A stretch of 64,000 nucleotides of DNA, taken from Anaeramoeba ignava BMAN. Lineage: Eukaryota > Protista > Anaeramoebae. Below are positions 52,648-64,000 of the stretch, in pieces. Each line of letters opens with the position of its first letter. Position 1 is the first letter of the stretch. The notes under the pieces were generated by a model that did not search any database, was not told the DNA's origin, and saw only the letters and a program-made list of their open reading frames with translations. The position numbers and the translations under genes are program-made. Location of the stretch: the NCBI GenBank assembly GCA_028826165.1, contig JAPDFW010000029.1, positions 10 through 64,009 of the forward strand, in the 5' to 3' direction.

Positions 52648-55600
52648 GAATTCAATTTACAATTAAATTAATAAATTCAATTTACAATTAAATCAATAAA
52701 TTAATTCAATTAAATTAAATAAATTCAATTTACAATTAAATATAATTCAATTTACAATTAAATATAATTCAATTTACAATTAAATATAATTCAATTTACA
52801 ATTAAATTAAATAAATAAATAATTCAATTTACAATTAAATTAAATAAATTAATTCAATTTACAATTAAATTAAATCAATAAATAATTCAATTTACAATTA
52901 AATTAAATAAATAAATAATTCAATTTACAATTAAATTAATAAATAAATAATTCAATTTACAAATTAAATTAATAAATAATTCAATTTACAATTAAATAAA
53001 TAAATTCAATTTACAATTAAATTAAAAATAAATTCAATTTACAATTAAATTAAATAAATAATTCAATTTACAATTAAATTAAATAATTAATTCAATTTTA
53101 CAATTAAATTAAATAAATAATTCAATTTACAATTAAATTAAATAAATTCAATTTACAATTAAATTTACATTCAATTTACAATTAAATTACATTCAATTTA
53201 CAATTAAATCAATAAATAATTCAATTTACAATTAAATCAATAAATAATTCAATTTACAATTAAATCAATAAATAATTCAATTTACAATTAAATTAATAAA
53301 TAATTCAATTTACAATTAAATTAAATTAAATTCAATTCAATTCACAATTAAATTAAATAAATAATTCAATTCACAATTAAATTAAATAATTAATTCAATT
53401 TACAATTAAATTAAATAAATAAATTCAATTTACAATTAAATTAAATAAATAAATTCAATTTACAATTAAATCAATAAATAATTCAATTTTACAATTAAAT
53501 TAAATAAATAATTCAATTCAATTTACAATTAAATTAAATAACAATTAATTCAATTCAATTTACAATTAAATTAAATAACAATTAAATAAATTCAATTTTA
53601 CAATTAAATTAAATAAATAAATTCAATTTTACAATTAAACAAAATAACAATTTAATTCAATTTTACAATTAAATCAAATAAATTAATTCAATTTACAATT
53701 AAATTAAATAAAATTCAATTTTACAATTAAATTAAATAATAAATTAAATTCAATTTACAATTAAATTAAATAAATAAATTCAATTTACAATTAAATTAAA
53801 TAAATAAATTCAATTTACAATTAAATTAAAATAAATAAATTCAATTTACAATTAAATTAAATAAATAAATTCAATTTACAATTAAATTAAATAAATTAAT
53901 TCAATTTTACAATTAAATAAATAATTCAATTTACAATAAATTAAATTAAATTACAATTAAATAAATAAATTCAATTTACAATTAAATTAAATAAATAAAT
54001 TCAATTTTACAATTAAATTAAAATAAATTCAATTCAATTTACAATTAAATTAATAAATAATTCAATTCAATTTACAATTAAATTAAATAACAATTAAATA
54101 AATTCAATTTACAATTAAATTCAAATAACAATTAAATAAATTCAATTTACAATTAAATTAAATAAATAATTCAATTTACAATTAAATTAAATAAATAATT
54201 AATTCAATTTACAATTAAATTAAATAAATAATTAATTCAATTTACAATTAAATCAATAAATAATTCAATTTACAATTAAATTAAATAAATAATTCAATTT
54301 ACAATTAAATTAAATAAATAATTCAATTTAAATTAAATTAAATAAATAATTCAATTTACAATTAAATTAAATAAATAATTCAATTTACAATTAAATTAAA
54401 TAAATAATTCAATTTACAATTAAATTAAATAAATAATTCAATTTACAATTAAATTACAATTAAATTAAATAAATTCAATTAAATACAAATTAAATTAAAT
54501 AAATAAATAATTCAATTTTACAATTAAATTAAATAAATAATTCAATTTACAATTAAATTAAATAAATAATTCAATTTACAATTAAATTAAATAAATAATT
54601 CAAAATTAAATAAATTCAATTTACAATTAAATTAAATAAATAATTCAATTTACAATTAAATTAAATAAATATAATTCAATTTACAATTAAATTAAATTAA
54701 AATAAATTCAATTTACAATTAAATTAAATAAATAATTCAATTTTACAATTAAATTAAAATAAATAAATTCAATTTACAATTAAATTAAATAAATAATTCA
54801 ATTTACAATTAAATTAAATAAATTAAATTCAATTTACAATTAAATTAAATAAATAATTCAATTTACAATTAAATTAAATAAATTCAATTTACAATTAAAT
54901 CAAATAACAATTTAATTCAATTTTACAATTAAATTAAATAATTCAATTTACAATTAAATTAATAAATTCAATTTACAATTAAATTAAATAAATTCAATTT
55001 ACAATTAAAATTAAATTAAATTCAATTTCAAATTAAATTAAATAAATAATTCAATTTTACAATTAAATTAAATAAATAATTCAATTTACAATTAAATTAA
55101 ATAAATTAAATTCAATTTACAATTAAATTAAATAAATAATTCAATTTACAATTAAATTAAATAAATAAAATAATTTCAATTTACAATTAAATTAAAATAA
55201 ATAATTCAATTTACAATTAAATTAAATAAATAATTCAATTTACAATTAAATTAAATAAAATAATTCAATTTACAATTAAATTAAATAAATAATTCAATTT
55301 ACAATTAAATTAAATAAATAATTCAATTTACAATTAAATAAATAAATAAATTCAATTTACAATTAAATTTAAATCAAATAAATTAAATTCAATTAAATTA
55401 AATTAAATAAATAAATAATCCAATTTTAATAAATTAAATAAATAATTCAATTTACAATTAAATAAATAATTCAATTTACAATTAAATAAATAATTCAATT
55501 TACAATTAAATAAATAATTCAATTTACAATTAAAATAAATAATTCAATTTACAATTAAATAAATAATTCAATTTACAATTAAAATAAAATAATTTAATTT

Positions 55601-57010
55601 AAATTAATTAAATAAATTCAATTTACATTACAATTAAATTACATTCAATTTACAATTAAATTACATTCAATACCAAATTAAATTCATTTTGCTTTAAATT
55701 TTATTTATTTACAATAAATTACATTTATTTTTACAATTATTTTCACATTCAATTTGATTTTTATTTGATTTTAAATTTTTATTTTGATTTTACAATTATT
55801 TTGAATTAAAACAGAACAAAAATAAATTATTTACAATTAAGTTATTTTATTATATTTAAAATTTGATTCAATATAAATTAATTATTTCAAATTGTAAAAA
55901 AATTAAATAAATATTTGAATTAATTTACAACATAATTTAAATAATTCAAATTAAATTCAAATTTATGTTTAATTTTATTTATAGTTCAATTTATAAATTA
56001 AATAAAATAATTAAAATTCAATTCTACAATTAAATTAAATAAAATAATAATTCAATTTGCAATAAATTCATAATTTAAATTACCCAATTTACAATTAAAT
56101 CAAATAATAAATTTAATTTTGAAATTTAAATCAAATAATTAATTTTGAATTTTACAATAAATTAAATAATTAATCATTTACAATTAAATCAAATTCAATT
56201 TACAATTTTGTCCAAATTCAATTTACAATTAAAATCAAATTAAATAATTAATTCAATCTATAATTCAATTACAATTACCATACATTCAATAAATTCAATT
56301 CATTTACAATTCAATTACATTCAATTTACAATTCAATTACATTCAATTTACAATTCAATTACATTCAATTTACAATTAAATTACATTCAATTTACAATTA
56401 AATTACATTCAATTTACAATTCAATTACATTCAATTTACAATTAAATTAAATAAATAATTCAATTTACAATTACATTCAATTTACAATTCAATTTACAAT
56501 TCAATTACATTCAATTTACAATTAAATCAAAAATTAATTCAATTTACAATTAAATTAATAAATAATTCAATTTACAATTAAATTAAATAAATAATTCAAT
56601 TTACAATTAAATTAAATAAATAATTCAATTTACAATTAAATTAAATAAATAATTCAATTTACAATTAAATAAATAAATAATTCAATTTACAATTAAATAA
56701 ATAAATAAACCCATACAATTAAATTAAATAAATAATTAATTCAATTTACAATTAAATTAATAAATAATTCAATTTATAATTAAATTCAAATAAATAAATA
56801 ATTCAATTTACAATTAAATTAAATAAATTAATTCGATTTACAATTAAATTAAATAAATTCAATCAAAATTTACATTAAATCAAATAATTAATTTTTACAA
56901 TTAAATTAAATTAAAAAAATAAATTCAATTTGAATTAAATTAAATAAATAATTCAATTTACAATTGAAATCAAATAACAATTTAATTCAATTTTATAAAT
57001 TAAATCAATA
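52648..57010. repeat. Satellite S array 5, preceded by a GAATTT tract at 52200-52535
   Basis: Directly visible; chimeric segment at ~55680-56250. Confidence 0.93.
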
Positions 57011-58799
57011 ATTCTACATTTTATTTTCATTTTATTTATTTATTAATAAAACGAATTTATGTTCAAACACTTATTTTTCAATTTAATTTCAATTTTATTT
57101 TGATTTTCATTTTATTTGAAAGGGATTATTTTGAATTAAAACAGAACAAAAAGTAAATCTATTTCGAATTAAGTTGTTTTATTATTATATTTTTATTCAA
57201 TTTAATATAAACAATTATTTCACTTTAATTGTAAAAACAAAATATGTTTTGAATTAATTTTACAACATAATTCCATTTAATTTACATTTGTTTCAGATTT
57301 ATGTTTAATTTCATTTTATAAACAATTATAAAGGAAATATGGAAAAATTAAAAAGGGGCAAAGAATAAGGATTAATAATATATTTATTCATAATTTATTC
57401 ATAATTTAATTTATTTTTATTTGTATTTTTAATTTATATTTTTAATTTATAAATTTATTAAGAATATTTGATATATATATTTTTAGTATTTTCCAAAATT
57501 AAAATATTTATAAATATTTATTTAATTTTAATTTAATTTTATTTAATTTAATTTTGTTTTAATTAATTTAAATTAATAATCAATTTTAAAATATAATATA
57601 TATTTTATCTTCTTTTTCTTTCTTCTTCTTCTATTTATTTATTTTATTTATTTATTTATTTGTTTTGCAATTTTTCAATTTAATTGAATTTTCATTTTCA
57701 TTTTCATTTTCATTTTACAATTTAATTTCTATTTCATTTACAATTTAATTTTAATTTTAATTTTAATTCAATTTAATTCATATTTTATATTTTATAAATT
57801 AAATAAAATAAAAATATTTTTAATTGTAATTTATTTTATTTTTCATTTTTATTTTGTATCAATAAATGAATTTTGAAAAATCAAAAATAAATTTAACATC
57901 TATAAAAATAAATTTTGAAAATAATAATTGAATTATTAATAAAATAAAAATATTTAATTAATTAATTAATATAAAATGAAAATTTTTATTATTAGCTAAT
58001 TATTAAAATAAATAAATTTGAAATGAAAAATAATAAATAAAAATGAATATTAATTATATTATATAAATATAATGAATGAATATATAAATTAATAAAATAT
58101 ATAATAATAAATATCAATTCAAAAGTATATATAATATAAATGTTTTAAAAATAAAAATAATTTTAAAAGTATAAATTAAAAAATAAAATAATATTTTTTT
58201 TTTATCAACTTTATTTAATTTATATAAATATAAATCAAAAATAAAAATCAAATTTTATTCTAATTTATATATTTTAAACATTTTTCAATAATAAATATTA
58301 AATCAAAATATATATTCAAAATTAATATAATAATGGAACAAATTTTACCCATCAATATTATATTAATAAATAATATAATAAATATAATATCAGAATAATA
58401 AAATATATTAATAAAAATATATTTTATTAAAAAATTCTTTTTCTTTTTGATTTTTTATTTATAATTGCAATTATTTTTAGAATAATTATTTATTTAATTT
58501 GAATTAATTTAATTTGAATTGAAATTCAATTTGAATTCTGATTTTAAATTTGACGGATTTTTAATTTTAATTGAATTTTAATTTAATTCATTTGATTACC
58601 TGAATTTGATGAATTCATTCATTTAATTGGAATTTATTTTAAAATTCACTCAATTTTCATTTTCGAGATTCTGTTGATTTATTTGGGAATTTTTTACAGT
58701 GATTAAATAACACAAAAATAATATCTAGGCTTCGATTTTTTTTTGATTTGGTGATTTTATTTTTATTTAAATTTAATTCTATACCAATTTAATAAATAA

Positions 58800-61700
58800 A
58801 TTAATTCTCAATTTACAAATTAAATTGGAAATAAATAGTTCAATTTACAATTAAATTTACAAATAATTCACCTAAATTAATTACAATAATTATTGTTACA
58901 ATTTAATTGTTGGAATTTTTCCAATTTAAATTTTAATTTACAATTAAATTAAAATAAATTAATTCAATTTAAATTAAATTAAATTTATTGTTTGGCAATT
59001 TCGGTAAATTAAACAATAAATTAATTTCAGATGATTTGATTTAAAAATTTTAATTAATTTCACAATTAAATAAAATTTTAATTCAATTCTACAAATTAAA
59101 CAAAACACAAAAACAAATAAATTAATAATTAATTCAATTTACAAATTAAATTAACAATTCAATTTATTTTTAAATTAAAATAACAATTTAATTCAATTTA
59201 TAATCCAAAATACCAAATTAAAAATAATGGGAAGCCCCAATTAAATTAATTTTGTAATTCAATTTACAATTAAATTTGTTAAATTTAATTCAATTTAAAT
59301 CAATTAACAACAATTTAACCAGGCCCCACAAATAACAATTTAATTTACCTACAATTAAATTAAATAACAATTTAATTGAATGGGCAATTCATTAAATTAA
59401 ATTAAATAAATTAAATTCAATTTAAAATAAATTTTAAATAAATTTTACAATTAAATTTAAATAAATAATTTAAATTCAATTCTGGCTAAATTAAATAAAT
59501 AAATAATTCAATTTACAATTTAAATTCATTAATACACTAATTTGCAATTAAATTAAATTATAATTGATTTGTTAATAAATTAAATAAATAAAATTCAATT
59601 TAAATTAAATTAAATAATTTACGGTCAAATTTAATTTAAAAATTAAATTTACAATTAAATTTACAATTTTCTAAAGAGTAAACAAAATCATTAATTTTGG
59701 AATTAAATTTACAATTAAATTTTGACAAATTAAATTAAAATTAAATTCCGTTTAAATTAAATTTACAATTAAATTTACAATTCAATTTACAATTAAATTA
59801 ATAATTCAATTTACAATTAAATTTACAATTAAATTTTAAATTCAATTTACAATTAAATTAATTAAATTAAATTCAATTTACAAATGAAATAAATACAATA
59901 ATTCAATTTTAATTAAATTAAATAATAAATAATTCAATTTACAATTAAAATTCAATTTACAATAAATAATTAATTTCAATTTAAAATTAAAACCAAATAA
60001 ATACAATTCAATTTACAATTAAATTAAATAAATAAATTCAATTTACAATTAAATTAAATTAATTTACAATTAAATCAAATAAAATTAAATTCAATTTACA
60101 ATTAAATTAAATAAAACAAATTCAATTTTACAATTAAAATTAAATAAATAAATTCAATTTACAATTAAATTAAATAAATTAAATTCAATTTACAATTAAA
60201 TTTAAAATTCAATTTTACAATTAAATTTTACATTTAATTTAAAATAAAAGTTTTTACAATTAAATTAAAATACAATTAAAAATTCAAATGATTTACAATT
60301 AAAATTAAATAAATTCCAATTTACAATTAAATAAAATAAATCAAAATTCATACCATATTAAATTAAATAAATAAATTCAATTTACAATTAAATTAAAATA
60401 AATTAAAATTCAATTTACAATTAAAATTAATAAATAAATTCAATTTTACAATTAAATTAATAAATAAATTCAATTTTTTAAATTAAATAAACAATTCAAT
60501 TGATTACAATTCAATTTTAATTAAATTGTTCAATTTTAATTTACAATTTAAATTTAATAAATAAATTCAATTTTACAATTAAATTTAAATAAATAAATTC
60601 AATTAATTCAATTTGCAATTAAAAAAAATAATTCAATTTTACAATTAAATTATAAAAATAAATTCAATTTACAATTAAATAAATAATAAATTCAATTTAC
60701 AATTAAATTAATTAAATTCAATTTTAATTAAATTAAATAAATTCAATTTACAACAAAACAAATAATTAATTAATTTACAATTAAATCAATAAATAATTCA
60801 ATTTACAATTAAATTTAAATTCAATTCAATTTACAATTAAATAAATAAATAATTCCATTTACAATTAAATAAATAAAATAAATTCAATTTACAATTAAAT
60901 TAAATAAATAGAATTCAATTTACAATTAAATTATAAATTAAATTACAATTCCAACAATAAATAGAATTTCATTTACAATTAAATTAAATAAATTCAATTT
61001 TAAATTAAATAAATTAATTCAATTTAATTTAAATAAATAAATTAATTCAATTTTACAATTAAATAAATAAATAATTCAATTTTACAATTAAATTAAATAA
61101 ATTCAATTTTACAATAAAATTAAATTAAAATTAATTCAATAAAATTAAATTAAAATAGGGTAATTCAATTTACAATTAAATTAAAATAAAATAATTCCAC
61201 AATTAAATTAAATAAATTCAATTTACAATTAAATTGAAAATAAAATAATTCAATTTACAATTAAATTAAATAAATTTAAATTTTACAATTAAATTAAATA
61301 AATTCAATTTACAATTAAATTAAATAAATAAATTCAATTTAAAATAAATAAAATAAATAAAATTCAATTTTACAAATTAACAAATTAAATAAAATTAAAT
61401 TAAATTTACAATTAAACCAAATAATAAATTCAATTTACAATTTAAATTAAATAAATAAATTCAATTTACAATTAAAATAATAAATAAATTCAATTTACAA
61501 ATTAATTAAATAATAAATTCAATTTACAATTAAATTAAATAAATATAATTCATTTACAATTAAATTAAATAAAATAAATTCAATTTACAATTAAATTAAT
61601 AAATAAATTCAACTTACAATTAAATTAAAAAATAAATAATTCAATTTACAATTAAATTAAATAAATTCAATTTACGATTAAATTAAATAAATAATTCGGT

Positions 61701-63560
61701 ACAATTAAATAAATAATTAAATTCAATTTACAATTAAATTAAATATATAATTCAATTTACAATTAAATTAATAAATGTTCAATTTACGGTTAAATTAATA
61801 AATATAATTCAATTCTACCATGAAATTCAAGCATATAATTCGGTACAATTAAATTAAACAAACAATTTTACAATTAAAATTGCAAAAATCAATTTACAAT
61901 TACAATTAAATTTTACAATTAAATTAAAAATTAATTCTAATTTTCATTTTAAATTTAAAATAAATTAAATTTTACACTAAATTAAATAAATAAATTCTGT
62001 TTATTACAGGAAATTAATAAAATAAATTCAATTTTACAATTAAATTAAAATTAAATTCCAATTTACAATTTTAAATAAAATAAATTAATTATTGTAAATA
62101 AATTAAATAAAATAAATTCAATTTACAATTAAATTCACAAAGCAAAAATAATTCAATTTTTACAATTAAATTAAATAAATTCAATTTTACAATTGGAATT
62201 AAATAAACAAATTCAATTTACAATTAAATTAAATTAAATGTAGCAAAATTAATTCCATAACAATGAAATAAATAAATTCAAACAATTAAATTAAAATAAA
62301 TAAAAATTCCAATCCATAATAAATTAAATTAAATTCAATTTCAATTAAATTAAAATTAAATTCAATTTACAAATTTAAATGTTCAATTTCCACCACAATT
62401 AAATTAAATAAATTCCAAAATAATAAACAAATTAAAACCAAAATAATTCCCGGTAAGTAAATTAAATAAATATTATTTTTACAATTAAATTAAATTCAAT
62501 TACAAATTAAAATTTAAATTCAAATAAATTTACCAATTAAATTAAAATTCAATTTACAATTAAATTAAATTCAAATTACAAAAATTAAATAAATAATTTG
62601 TTACAATAAAATAAATAATTCAATTTACAGTTAAATTAAATTCAAATACATTGAAATTTTACAGTAAAATTAAATAAACTAATTCATAAATTAAATTAAA
62701 ATTAAAACCAAATTCAAATTTTACAATAAATTAAAATAATTAAATTTACAAAATTAAATTAAATTCATTTTACAATTAAATTAAATTCAAATTTACAAAT
62801 TAAAATTAAAAATCAATTTTACAATTAAATGAAAAATTCGGTACAATTAAATTAAATAAATGAACAATTTACAATTAAAATTAAATAAATAATTTCACCT
62901 TATTAAATTAAATAAAATAATTTCAATTTACAATTAAATTACACCAATTTACAATAAATTAATAAATTCAATTTTACAATTAAATTAATAAATTCAATTT
63001 ACAATAAATTGGGCAACAATTTCTATACTAAATACTAAATTCAATTTACGATTAATAAATTCACCAATACTCGAGGAATAAATTCACGTACCATACTAAA
63101 TTGCTAAATTACCATAATTAAATAATAAATTCAGTACTTACAGTTACCTACAATTCAATCCAATACTGAAATTACAATTCATTTACATACCAAATTACAA
63201 TCTTAAATTACACACTAAATTACAGCACTCCTAACAAATTGCACCAATTTACAATAAATGGCAATCAATTCTACATACTGAAACCCATAATTCATTTTGC
63301 TACCAAATTCTCAGATGATGGTATACTAAATTACAACACCAATTTAAAGCAATTAAATTCATACCTTAATGGAAGCAAATAAATTACAATTCAATTTACA
63401 ATTACAATGGCAATTCTACTCTACAATTAAATTAACAATACAATCATCATTCTACATACTACCAAATCTTAAACATACAATCAATTGCATACTAAATTCA
63501 ATTACAACAATTTACAATAAATTCAAATTACAATTCAATTACGTATAGAAATTAATTAAT
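58800..63560. repeat. Satellite S array 6 (noisy, low-accuracy sequence)
   Basis: The core is still recognisable among scattered random G/C substitutions and indels. Confidence 0.85.
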
Positions 63561-64000
63561 ACTGCTACATTTTGCCTTTTTCATTTCATGTGATCTAATA
63601 CACAAAACGATTTGATGTTTAAAAGTTATTTTCAATTTAATGGATATTTGTCTTTTTATTTTTGATTTTCACTCATTTGAGTTAAAACAGCAGAACAAAA
63701 AGTAAATCACATTGAAATTAAGCTGAGTTTTATTATATTTTTATTTGATTGTAATATACGTTAGTTTCCAACTATAAAACAAAATTGCAGTATGTCTTTT
63801 GAAATTAATTTACAACGAGAATTCTATTTAATTCTGCATTTATTTCAATTCAGATTTATACTAATTTGAATTATAGCTAATTTATGAAATAAACAGCGCA
63901 ACAGTATTTGGGCTGAAGCGCGCTGGCAAAGGCTGGCGAGTAAAGTATAAAAGGTTGGCAAAGGGCAAAGTATGGCAAAAGTATGGCAAAGCCAAGGTGG

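Larger units (their letters stand above)
16700..58500. repeat. Dispersed ~700-bp constant module 'M' of the higher-order array (~19 full or partial copies, all in the same orientation)
   Basis: Start marker TTTTGTGTGTAAAT at ~19594, 21119, 24094, 28348, 29895, 31498, 34741, 38114, 39654, 41164, 43927, 50014 and 57856 (degraded). 5'-truncated copies at ~16700, 17100, 25585, 33040, 45489, 51525. Internal markers: TATTAGAA(TTAA)4, AAATGTTTAAAAATAAAAATAAATTTTTAAAAGTATAAATC, TATCAACTTT, AATGGAATCAAATTT, TTGGATTTGATTTT. Confidence 0.93.

Noticed and set aside
21905-63560. Satellite S as a CRISPR array or as telomeric repeat
   Set aside because: The linkers are short, reused and low-complexity, there are no cas genes and the context is eukaryotic. 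The G-containing strand runs away from the right end, opposite to telomere polarity there.
55300-63890. Scattered GC words (GGGAAGCCCC, CCAGGCCCC, TTCGGTAC and others) and apparent satellite divergence
   Set aside because: The random error-like pattern increases toward the end, consistent with low-coverage unpolished long-read sequence.
1676-64000. tRNA, 5S, 5.8S or SSU genes; transposase or reverse-transcriptase ORFs
   Set aside because: No cloverleaf or GTTCRA T-loop in a GC context, no rRNA motifs and no complex ORF were found by eye on either strand.

Overview
The window is eukaryotic, extremely AT-rich (roughly 90% AT by eye) and contains no credible protein-coding gene. Bases 1-~1675 are the 3' half of a divergent nuclear LSU (25-28S) rRNA gene on the + strand. 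ES27L is almost absent, and peptidyl-transferase-region variants suggest a metamonad-like or similarly divergent protist (inference). The remaining ~62 kb is nested repetitive DNA with no further rDNA unit. From 1.7-16 kb it holds duplicated spacer blocks with ~170-bp, ~150-bp, 12-bp and ~180-bp tandem repeats. From 16.7-64 kb it is a higher-order array in which a constant ~700-bp module alternates with a few cassette types: a TTCAATTTACAATTAAA satellite, a purine-rich cassette, a ~170-bp array, a 12-mer array and a hairpin island. Nearly all complex sequence lies in a few small GC-enriched, structured islands: a unique pair at 9495-9589 and 9718-9865 (the latter a 148-nt rod capped by two mini-hairpins), and a ~360-bp island in four copies (24.6, 32.0, 44.4, 50.5 kb) with an invariant 102-nt hairpin core. 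I could not assign these to a known RNA family; they are the best candidates for undescribed ncRNA genes or structured cis-elements. Sequence quality degrades after ~55 kb and several repeat copies look like chimeric consensus, so copy number and copy-to-copy differences need read-level confirmation.
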